From Ionaspis alba (taxonomy: Eukaryota): DNA of 42,202 nucleotides. This document shows positions 23,256 through 33,183 of this stretch, piece after piece. The first letter of the stretch is position 1. Every line of letters begins with the position of its first letter. Position numbers and translations under genes: made by a program. Below the pieces are notes generated by a model. The model was given only the letters and a program-made list of their open reading frames with translations. It did not search any database and was not told where the DNA came from. Location: NCBI GenBank assembly GCA_964255285.1, contig CAXUUL010000058.1:1-42202 (forward strand). Direction: 5' to 3'.

Positions 23256-26200
23256 TTATGCCGCCCGCGGCTCGAACTCGCCATTCAAACCACCATTCAT
23301 GAGCTCAGCGACTATGCGCTTCCTGTGCATCCGAATGTCGTTGGCACCGTAAGCCATTGCCGGCTCCAGGCCTAGCAAGATCATCCGTGCAGAGGTAACA
23401 GCAAAAACACCACAGTCGCTTCCGTTGTGTTGGTTAGGGCTATCAGCGGTGACGTACTTCCACTCGTCTTCGTGGTAGGCATCGCCGAGCTCAAACTGTA
23501 GCCACTCTCTGGCGGTCTGCAGGTACCGCTCACCCTCACCATTGAATGAGTCGAAATACTCCACGACACGACGCGTACCATGGACGACAAGGAGGGTCCA
23601 GTGCATGTTGTCAAGGTTGCAAGGAATGAAGATATGTTCTACCTTCTCGAGATTCCGACCGCCAACCCTAGCCCTCGCAGCCCAGCGCTGCACGGAGCTG
23701 GGACCTTGATTTGGATCGATCAACTTCGTGTAGAATCCGTTGGGAAAGGCGTGATACTTCGGAGTCTCACCACGCTTATGCTTGACTTTCTCGAGGCCAT
23801 ACGTAGTGAGAGCTAGGAGACAAGCGTTCACGATCTCATCGTTCAACCATCCTCGGCTTGGATCGCCTGTCCCGGGCTGTGGAAGCAGTCTTCCCATATC
23901 TCTTCTGTCCAAGGGTGTGCCTCCAGATGTGGTTGCTATCGTGTGACCGTAACCGGTAGCCATGGCCCTGTCCACTTTCTCGTGCCACTCGTTGGATAAA
24001 GGATTGAAGACCGGCCCTGCTGGGGTGCGCCTGCCCAACAGTCTGCGTAACGCCGCAGCTTCCTCGGCTCTCAGCCTAGCTTCTTCAGCTTCCTTGGCTG
24101 CTTTCTCTTCATCTTCACGCTTCTTGCGTTCACGCTCCTTGGCTTCTCGCTCCTCCCTGGCCCATTGAGCAGCTAATTCTTTAGCTTCTCGCTCAGCTCG
24201 GCGTGCTTCTACTTCTGCTGCACGTCTAGCTTCTTTCTCCTGTTCACGGGATGACACGCGACGTCCGGAGATATTTAGATAATCGAATTGTCTAATAACT
24301 GGAGGAGTCACTGGTAATGTCATCGTGTCCTTCGTTGGACTGCTCCGCACAGCTTCTGTTGTCGGCTCCACGATTTTGACTTCCTGATCATTATTACCAG
24401 AACGATGATCGGTCTGTGCAGCGCGGCTTCCCTCACTGTGCTCACTAGATGCACTTTCGACAGGCTCATCGACAACAGTGGTTTCTTCAACAAGACTCTG
24501 CTCAATAGCATGTCCTTCATTGAGGTCATGGTCAGCGGAATCCTCTCCGTCAAGACCCTCGTCAGTACCATGTCCTTCGATAGAGTCATAGTCAATAGGA
24601 TCTTCCTGGTCAGAATCGTCGTCATTGATGTTCTCCCCATCGGCGCCTTCTCCTCCACTACTCTCGTCCGTCTCACTCTGCTCTACGACACTCTCTGTCG
24701 AATCGCTCCCCTCATCGTCGCTCTCCTCATCAACACTCTTCTCGTCAATACTGTCCTCGTCGACACTAACTTCTTCGACATCTCCGTCCTCGTCGAGAGC
24801 TTCTTCCTCCACACCATCCTCCATTTCAGCATTCACTGACGTCTCGTCTTCGGCAATGTCAGTCATGGACGGGTCTTCGTAGACATTTACCCTGTCGACT
24901 GGTTGTCCCGAGTTCGGACTCTCGAAGAAATGAACTTGCCTCGGTCCATGAACACCAGAAGGAATGCCGTGAAACAGGTCGGATGGTGCCGTGTCTTGGG
25001 CTTCGGACGATGATGCGGCGAGTGGTGAGTCCTGGAGAGACGAGAGTGGCGAACTCTGTTCAAGTGGTATTAAGGGTGCTTGTGCAGCCGATGATGCTTG
25101 TACACCTCGCGTGACTGGCGCTGCCAAGATCCGCTGCGTTGTCCGCTCAGATATCTGCTCCACTGGGCCTGCATCGTCTGAGCTCGGAGCAACAGCCATG
25201 GCAGGAGTCTGCTGAATTGCACCATTTCCTGACGTTGTCAATGAAGCAGTAACATCAACGGGTAAGCTGTCACCTTGCGACGATGCGCTAGGAGTGATAT
25301 TCGCTCGTGGTCGACGCTCACGACGTAGGCGCAATTCGCGACGTGATGCAGGTGACCGTGGACTGGAGCGTTCGTTCTCCTTCTCTGAGCCCTGGACGTC
25401 TGGATTGTTCTCCGTCTTGGGCGAGCTATCTGTAGGATTATTGCGCGCATCACGTACGACTTCTTTGCTAGCTCTACGGCCTTGAAGCTTCTGGTCCACA
25501 TGTTCGCGACGTGCTGCCTCTTCAGCTGCGGCCTTCTCGAGCGCGAGTTTCCGGCGGTTAATCTCTCGAAGCACCTGTTCCACTGATGCCTCCTGCGCCT
25601 TGTCCCTTCTCCGTTCTACCACGTGCGTAACGGGCAAAGCTTGTTCCACCGCCGCTGCGAGTGGCTCACCTTGAGGTTCGGCGACGTTGACACCATCTGG
25701 TGGTGCTCCTTCCAGTGCTCGAACATCGATATTGGCGGGTACATCAACACCAATAGGCTCTGCATTTGCAGCGACAGGCTGACCGGCGACAGCAACATTT
25801 CGTTGGCGACGAACATTTGTGAACTCGACCAAACGACGCTTGAACTCGGTTGCTCCATGTACAGCAGCGCGGTAAGAGTGAATTACCACCTGCTCCCCGC
25901 GCGGTGCAATCCGCCGAGTTGCCTGTGCAGTCGCGTGGTAGCCATCCCTGATATGGTGGCGTCGCTCGAATGCGTAGCGACCTGTAGTTTGAGCAGCGCT
26001 ACGGATCACATGTGTACTCCGTAAAACGATGTTGCAAAATCGGCTCAAGGCATTAGTAAAGGTGACACCTGCACGATGAATGAGGTGCGAGTTGGGTTCC
26101 TGATGATGCTGTAGCTCATTTATACCCATATTGTTCTGTCCACGTTGCTGAGGTAGGTCCATCTGAATCCCGTTTATCATATTGGTATCTTCGGCCGGAA

Positions 26201-26957
26201 AGGCGCCTGGAACAAGGTCTTGAGTATTGGGGCGATTAATGACGGTGGGGTGAGTGTGCTCAAAACGACGTTGAGGCGCTGGTAGCTTACGGATGAATGG
26301 TTGATGAGCTTCGCCTGCTTGTGTAGCAACAACCTCGCCCTCTGCGAACTCGTGGAAGGGCCTTCGACCAAGAGTAGGCGTGGTGTTGAAAAGCCCACCA
26401 GTAGCAGGCTGGTGTATATTCTGATTGAGCAACGGATTGCCTTGTCCACCCCAGAGGTTTATTCGAGCCCTTGCACGGCTTTCGGGATCTCGATCAATGT
26501 CCAGTCTCTTAAGACTCGACTCGCGATTGCGTGAAGGGTTTGTTGTGAAGAGAGGATTGAGGTTTCTAGTGCGACTGATGTTTACTGAAGGATTCGATGG
26601 CGTCGTCCCTCTAAGTGCTCTGAGGATATCGCTGTCTAAACGAGCTTGTGTCGATGCCGGACGTGTGTATCGTGTCCATAGAGATGTATGGTAATAACCA
26701 GCGAGGTGTGCAGGAGGCGTACCAGGTGCAATTCGGCGATTGCGCAGTCTTTCAATGTGCTGTCTTTCCTCAAATGTAAGTAGTGGCTGGGGTCGTCGAG
26801 TTGAAGAGCGAGTGCTTTGAGTCGTAAGGGTGTTGAAGTTGTTGTTAAGATAGCCACTACCAAAGTATCTGATAGAAGCTGGATTCGATGATAGGTCTTC
26901 AGCTCGAGGAGGCGTCTGCTCATGCCAGTCCATCGGGTCACTTGGCGGATGCTCCAT
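23256..26957 (-). CDS. ULP1: Ulp1-type SUMO-specific cysteine protease (peptidase C48) with long disordered N-terminus; apparently single exon
   Basis: The C-terminal domain has WLNDEIVN, IFIPCNLDNMHWTLLVV (catalytic His), EYFDSF (Asp) and QHNGSDCGVFA (oxyanion Gln and catalytic Cys). It is preceded by an acidic tract and an E/R/A-rich coiled coil. The first in-frame ATG is at 26957. Confidence 0.88.
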   Translation of the reverse strand: MEHPPSDPMDWHEQTPPRAEDLSSNPASIRYFGSGYLNNNFNTLTTQSTRSSTRRPQPLLTFEERQHIERLRNRRIAPGTPPAHLAGYYHTSLWTRYTRPASTQARLDSDILRALRGTTPSNPSVNISRTRNLNPLFTTNPSRNRESSLKRLDIDRDPESRARARINLWGGQGNPLLNQNIHQPATGGLFNTTPTLGRRPFHEFAEGEVVATQAGEAHQPFIRKLPAPQRRFEHTHPTVINRPNTQDLVPGAFPAEDTNMINGIQMDLPQQRGQNNMGINELQHHQEPNSHLIHRAGVTFTNALSRFCNIVLRSTHVIRSAAQTTGRYAFERRHHIRDGYHATAQATRRIAPRGEQVVIHSYRAAVHGATEFKRRLVEFTNVRRQRNVAVAGQPVAANAEPIGVDVPANIDVRALEGAPPDGVNVAEPQGEPLAAAVEQALPVTHVVERRRDKAQEASVEQVLREINRRKLALEKAAAEEAARREHVDQKLQGRRASKEVVRDARNNPTDSSPKTENNPDVQGSEKENERSSPRSPASRRELRLRRERRPRANITPSASSQGDSLPVDVTASLTTSGNGAIQQTPAMAVAPSSDDAGPVEQISERTTQRILAAPVTRGVQASSAAQAPLIPLEQSSPLSSLQDSPLAASSSEAQDTAPSDLFHGIPSGVHGPRQVHFFESPNSGQPVDRVNVYEDPSMTDIAEDETSVNAEMEDGVEEEALDEDGDVEEVSVDEDSIDEKSVDEESDDEGSDSTESVVEQSETDESSGGEGADGENINDDDSDQEDPIDYDSIEGHGTDEGLDGEDSADHDLNEGHAIEQSLVEETTVVDEPVESASSEHSEGSRAAQTDHRSGNNDQEVKIVEPTTEAVRSSPTKDTMTLPVTPPVIRQFDYLNISGRRVSSREQEKEARRAAEVEARRAEREAKELAAQWAREEREAKERERKKREDEEKAAKEAEEARLRAEEAAALRRLLGRRTPAGPVFNPLSNEWHEKVDRAMATGYGHTIATTSGGTPLDRRDMGRLLPQPGTGDPSRGWLNDEIVNACLLALTTYGLEKVKHKRGETPKYHAFPNGFYTKLIDPNQGPSSVQRWAARARVGGRNLEKVEHIFIPCNLDNMHWTLLVVHGTRRVVEYFDSFNGEGERYLQTAREWLQFELGDAYHEDEWKYVTADSPNQHNGSDCGVFAVTSARMILLGLEPAMAYGANDIRMHRKRIVAELMNGGLNGEFEPRAA

Positions 26958-27809
26958 GATACAGAATTCCGTCAATCGTGACTTCTGTGCGTCTGTTTCT
27001 CGGATTGAAGTAAAAAGCTGTGCAAGTGCAAGGGTTTGAGTATGAAGTAACAGTGTGTAAGTGCTTGAAGGTTGTAACAAGGTTGTCAAGGTAATCACGA
27101 TCGAAGGTTATGATTGTGGTGGAGCTTGAAGGCGACGATGTTGTTGACGTTATTGTGGTAGCAGGTGTTGAGGAAAATTGGGGTTGTTTACAACGATTTC
27201 GCGCTTGCCATTTAGCACCGACCTGGTCCATTTTGAGAAAAGGCGACCGCGTCGAGTGACTCTGGGATCACTCCGGTTGAGCGTCTTTGGAGCAGAGCTG
27301 TGATATTGATGCGAAAACGGTAAAGTCCTAGCTCTTTGTCTTACTAAGAATCTCAATCTACATGCAAGGTTACAGTGCCAAGTGTGTGGCTGAGGATAGG
27401 AATGCCTGGGATCCACTGCCTACCCTGTCGTTCGAGAATGCGGGGACGCAGGGGGAGCAAGCCTGCAAGCTAACCTTCCAACCAACGAGCGTTTTTATGA
27501 TTGCGCAAACATCATTATGCCCCCGTAAATGGATCTTTGAGATAGCTTTATATATTATACCATTGAAGGATTCGAAGGATTCTGTGTTCAACTTCTTGTC
27601 CCGTTATGCGGCGTTCTGGCGAGACAACTTCATCAACACTCAATGCCTCGACAGTAATTACGACCGTGCATATTAGTGTTATCACTTATCCTGTCGTCCT
27701 GTGTTGATCACATCAAATCCTGTGTCACCTAGTATCGTCAAGTCACGGATGAATGCTTTCGTTATTATGATGTACTAGATTACACAAGATGCAACTTCGA
27801 TCGAGTCGC

Positions 27810-29818
27810 TCAAAGCCGAGCTTGAATCTGCTTCTGCCCAGCGTTATTTGCCGTAAAAGCGCCAAAGTAGTCATTCAGTGCGTCAATCGTGCCGCTCCCT
27901 TCAACGAGGCTCACCACACAGCCTACATAACCGTCCGGTCTCACAACGACGACCCCACCTCTCTCCTGGTCGAGCCCCATCTTGGCATGAGCTGCAGCTT
28001 TGGCCGCGGGTACTCGAGCATCTCCGATGTCATCTGCATATATGTGATCGCTGTACCGAGCTAGCACTTTTGGTACCATTGTGGAGATCTCTATCTCGAC
28101 ACGTGGAGCAGCTAGTATGGTGCAGATGGTAAAGAATAAAGAATGAGGATTATGACGTTCGTGGTAGCTGACCGTAGAAATGTCTGCCCTTTCGGACAGG
28201 CTGTAGAAGCTTCTTTTCTTCGTTAGGTTGGTTGAAAAATCTGCTGTAGCTCTCTCTGTGATCGATGGAACACCTGCGAACAGAAAGATACGAAATGAGC
28301 CATTGACAGGAACTTCGTGCTCAAGATGCACGACATTGGCATCAACAACGCGCGTGACTGTGGCGGTGAGCATGATTCGGCCAGTGCGAAGCGTCGTGCC
28401 TTTGGGATGGAATAGAGGTGACCGGGCTGGGTGAGCAGGAGACCAATTGAAAACATTGGGACCGTACGCTACGCCGTAACCTGAGGTGAACTCACAGCTT
28501 GACTTGAAGAGCTCGACGAATGGGTTCGACTCCTCATCTTCTTGCGCTTTCTTCGATGCAGCACTCACCTCACCCGCGGATGGCTGGCGCTGAGAGAACA
28601 GGGCAGCGTACTTGGCATCAAAATCCAGCAGGCTCTCTGCTACCGATTTGCGCTCCGACTCATATGATTGTAGGATAGAACGGTCTGCGAAACCAGACTC
28701 GACAAGATGGATTTTCCATGCCAGGTTCTGAGCGTCGAGGAATGCTGTGTTCATACCCTGTCCTGCTTTAGGCTCGAATTGAGTTAATAATATTGGCTTG
28801 GTGGAATAGTGGCATGCATACTCACGCTGTGCGTATGACAGCTATCACCACCCATGAAGACCCTATGATCCAAGGTATACCGTTCGGCAATGCCTTGACC
28901 GATAGGATACACGGAGTACCATTCCACTCGATCCCACTCTATCGAGTAGGGTTGCAAGATCTTCTTCGCTGATGCCTGGACTTCTTCTGTTGTAGCTTGC
29001 TTGCGCGGATTCCAGTCCCGATCTGTTGAAGATGCAATTTGTATATAGAGGCGGACCAGGTTGTTCTCCCTTGGAATTATCATGATCGATCCATGTTCGG
29101 AATGTATCGTGCATTTCATCTGGGAATAAATTAAGGCCTTTGCCTGAAATCAAAGGTACTTTCTTACCTTGATATCAGGAAAATCTGTCCGTACCACACC
29201 ATCCATAACACCCCAGACGTGTGCAATAGGATCCTTGTGATGAATCTTGATCCCCAATTGCTCGCGGATAAAACTCCTAGCGCCCTCCCCGCTAAACAGA
29301 TATTTTGCTCGCACACTCTCCTTCTCCATCGTATCGACATGCTGGAATTCGACCTGGACTGGGTATGTCTTGTCCTTGCCATCGTTCTGGAAAGCTGTGA
29401 TAGTCCAAGGTCTTTGTATCTCCGTTCCATGCTCTTTGAGGTCATTTATAAAGACCCGCTCAATCAAGCCTTGGTGCAGGAGAGTCGTGAAAGGGTGCCT
29501 GGTGTCGATGAACTTGGGACAGCTCGCCCAGGTACCAGTTCTGTGTATTCCCTTACCATCATTGCGAGGGTCCCAGAACGCCACTTCATAGACCTTGGCC
29601 GGTCCGTATGCCATAATCTGCCTCTTCAGATTCATGTTTTGTAGTAGGTCGAGGGATCGAGGTTGAATACCATCTGCACGGCCGGTAACGGTAGGAACGG
29701 GCCTGTCATCGATGTGCTTGATCCTGTAACCCCAGCGCGCAAGGCAAGAAGAGAGAAGGAGTCCAACGGGACCAGCCCCAACTATAACAATGTCATATGT
29801 ATCTAGTAAAGAGGCCAT
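27810..29818 (-). CDS. FAD-dependent phenol 2-monooxygenase-family aromatic hydroxylase (3 exons)
   Basis: Rossmann motif [12 protein letters not shown], then [30 protein letters not shown]...[18 protein letters not shown] and [28 protein letters not shown]. The C-terminal thioredoxin-like dimerisation domain ends [10 protein letters not shown]. Introns at 29167-29120 and 28825-28773. Confidence 0.92.
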
Positions 29819-30730
29819 ACTGAGAATGTATCACGATCCGAAGAAATTGAAGGAAGTTAATAGACAGATGTACATGGCAGGGAACAGGACTGCATCTGAT
29901 GCGGAAAAAGGTCAAATTGAAGTTCTCGAGATATCGGTATCTTCGAGCCAGGAGGCGCGACGAGATGATGATTAGCAGTACAATCGTCATGGCGGAGGAT
30001 TTCACCACGAATTGGCTGAGATCAGCGACATAACAGGCCATGGTGGACCATAGACTCCGACGGCAACCAGGAGATATTAGGGCCCCGCACCCCCACCTCG
30101 TGCTGTGGAGAATGAGCAGCCGAACGGAGAGCGCAAGGCAATCAGAGGATCCAAGGACCCTGCCGGATATCGGCAGGAAGAATTAAAGTGCGGGGCCGTG
30201 TGGCTCGGGAAAAACTTCGGTATCTACTCGGTCCTCAGCCTCGAGTACCCCGATTTCCAAGCCCCTTTCGTCCATTACTTCTATGTCCTGCCCGCCATAC
30301 TTCCCACAACCTCTCGAATTGTTCAACATCAGCATTCTTCGGCGGAAGAAGAGACGTAGATGGCTCAAGCTGAGATCAGTGAGCGGCAGTCGAAGTTCTT
30401 TGTCTGCTTGTCCTCTGTCCTTTGTACATCACCCATCATAGCCGACTATTCCTCCGTCCATATACGACTTTGATGCATAGCCATTGTGCATATCGATGCG
30501 AGCTTCGGAACTTTCTGACTCTCGCTGTTCCTGTAATCGCAGACAGCAACATGTCAGCCTGGCGCAAAGTGCTACCCCTTAAGCCATCGCCTCACGACGT
30601 TATTGTCTATCTCCACTAAAATGAAAGCTGATCCCCGATCTGTCAGAACATAGGCCCATGAAAAGTAATACCCATCAAAGTTCATTGCGCCGACCGTTCG
30701 ACTCATGCTCGACTAGTGGCTACACTCATT
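29819..30730. promoter_or_regulatory. Divergent promoter shared by monooxygenase and P450, with clustered SYGGRG (CreA-type) hexamers and a CCTGCCG-N5-CGGCAGG inverted repeat
   Basis: SYGGRG matches at 29992, 30083 (rev), 30091 (rev), 30105 and 30190. A perfect 7-bp inverted repeat spans 30159-30177. Confidence 0.5.
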
Positions 30731-32592
30731 ATGGACTTCGCAGGCTCCTCCAATCCATTGCAGATGGTGTTTTTTCCTGTCGTCTTCTTTGTGATTTCTG
30801 TCTTCTTCATCTACTACAATGTATATGCGGGTCCTTTGAGCAAGATCCCAGGTCCTTTCTTTGCAGCCTTCTCCCGCCTCTGGCTAGTCTATCAATCACA
30901 CCAAGGAACAATGCATCGAACGATGATCAAGCTTCATGAGAGGTTTGGCAAGATGGTCCGAACAGGTCCAAACGAAATAAGTATCTCAGATCTTAAAGCT
31001 ATAAGAATCATCTATGGTCCTGGGACAATGTTCAGGAAAAGTGACTGGTACAGCGTTTGGCAAGGTAGAAGGAGATTTGACCTCTTTGCTGAAAGGGATG
31101 AAGACGTCCACAAATCACAACGTAGATTGGTCAGTCGTATATACTCCATGGATGCTCTCAAGGAGCTAGAAGAGTATGTTGATAATGCCGTCTCATGCTT
31201 CATGGCAAAGATGCGGGACATGCAAGATCAACCAATAGACATGGGTCTTTGGTTGCAGCTCTTTGCCTTTGGTAAGTCCCAATCTTTATCGTGTTCCGGA
31301 GTCTAGTCCTGAATGTACCAACCTAACGATCACACTTAGATGTCATCGGAGAGGTAACTTTTTCCAGATGCTTTGGCTTTATGGATGCTGGAAAAGACGA
31401 CGGTTCTTTTGCTCAAATAGAATCTGCTCTTCGATCTGCTGCGTGGATTGGTCAGGTTCCAGCTTTATACTGGCTGCACGACTGGCTCGCACCAGTCATT
31501 GGCAACCATCTTGGCATCAGTGCTCGCCATGGAAGCCTCAGAGTCTTTGCTTCACGGGAGATCGAGAAGCGTAGGTCTCGTGGAAGTGATCATCAAGACA
31601 TACTCGCAAAGCTTATGGCTTTGCAAAAAGACAAACCTCAAGAAATGGATGACATGAGTGTACTCTCAATGGTGACGAGCAACATATTCGCTGGTAGCGA
31701 CACGACCGCAATCTCCATCAGATCTATCATCTATCATCTCTGCAAAAATCCTGAATACAAGACCAAGCTTGTGCAGGAGATTGATGAACATAAAAATGCA
31801 GGGAAACTGACAATCCCAGTTTCCGTCGATCAAACCCAAGAAATGCCTTATTTACAAGCTGTCATGTATGAGGCATTGCGGTGCCACCCTGCTGTTGGTA
31901 TGAGTCTGCCACGTGTGACTCCAGCGGGAGGAATCAAAGTAGCTGGCAGGTTCATTCCGGCTGGTGTTCGTTCATTTGCCCTTCAGGTGACCTAGAACAG
32001 GCCGACTAAGGTTTTGGCATAGGTTACAATAGGTGTGAATCCTTGGGTAGTCCACAGAGATCGAGATGTATTCGGAGAGGACGCCGAATTCTTCAGACCG
32101 GATAGATGGTTGCAGGAAGACACCCATGATATGAGTACGATTCCGTGCAGCCGGGTACTCTTTCTCGAACAACAAGCTTATAAGAAGTTTGCACAGAGCG
32201 CTTCTTCTTTGCGTTTGGTTCTGGGGCGCGGATGTGTCTTGGAAAAAGTCAGTTATGCCAGCCACCTTGTCACTTGTATGGATTGTGTGAGCTGATTATG
32301 ATTCAGACCTCAGTTGGATGGAGATGTCAAAGGTATAATTCCTAGATGATTCTTTACTGTACTTATCTGTGTTGCTATTGGAGAAGCGGCCTGCTCATAT
32401 TGAAAAGCTCGTTCCCACTTTCTTTCTGCTGTTTGAGGTTGAGTTGCTAGATGTTAAAGCTTCATGGAGGGAGACGTGTTGGTGAGTAAGCAACGTGTGC
32501 CAATAAGCGAGCCATTCCCGTCGCTGATTTGACTCAATGGCAGGTGGTTCGTCAAGCAGGACGGTCTCCAAATCAAGTTACGAGCACGGTAA
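30731..32592 (+). CDS. Cytochrome P450 monooxygenase (pisatin demethylase-like clan, inferred), 7 exons
   Basis: N-terminal TM anchor plus PLSKIPGP, then VRTGPNEIS, FAFDVIGEVTF, I-helix AGSDTT, K-helix EALR, FRPDRW and the heme ligand FGSGARMCLGK. Introns at 31272-31339, 31966-32022, 32135-32196, 32248-32306, 32333-32407 and 32482-32543. Stop TAA at 32590-32592. Confidence 0.92.
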
Positions 32593-33183
32593 GGTCGACC
32601 TGTGCTGGGAGAATGGTAATGGTTAGTCTCGCATTGGAGATCTGGGAGATTCACAGGAGGGAGCAATTGAGGATGGTGCTGTAAAACTAAGTGCATTGCC
32701 TCGTAGCAGGCCAATGGTCTTTTGGCATTCGGTTAGACAAATTTCTTTATTTACTGCAACCCTACCGTACAGCAAATTCTCTCCACCTCATGCTGATAAA
32801 AGTCTCTGACTACCTCTCGTTCATTAATCCGGGACGGCTTGATATCCAAGTGCTTTACTGAAGGTCTTCTAGAGTATGGAGGAGATACCCTTCGAAGCAT
32901 CCAGAGAGGGTTTTAGGAAGACCACCCGGCAACTCCTTATGCGGTCGAAATCAGTCGATGATGGTCCACGTGGGATTTCCAAAGCTTTGGATCCGGAAAA
33001 GTACGATCCTTCTAAGCATGCGTATGTACCAGCACGAATAATTTATCTCACAACGAGCTGATGCTGTCCCCAAAAGTCCTACTCGGGATACCTACCGCAG
33101 CATTGCGGAGAGGAATCCATTCGAAGATGACGAGGAAGACCCCTTTTCCGATTCTGCGGAAATCAGAGTAGGTCAAACAATCC

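Noticed and set aside
24320..25215. Several overlapping alternative-frame ORFs in ULP1
   Set aside because: These are by-products of the biased D/E/S codon composition of the acidic tract.
237..26957. BUB3, PPS1 and ULP1 as a functional cell-cycle gene cluster
   Set aside because: They are separated by unrelated genes with no shared promoter motif evident. Chance neighbourhood in a gene-dense fungal genome is sufficient.
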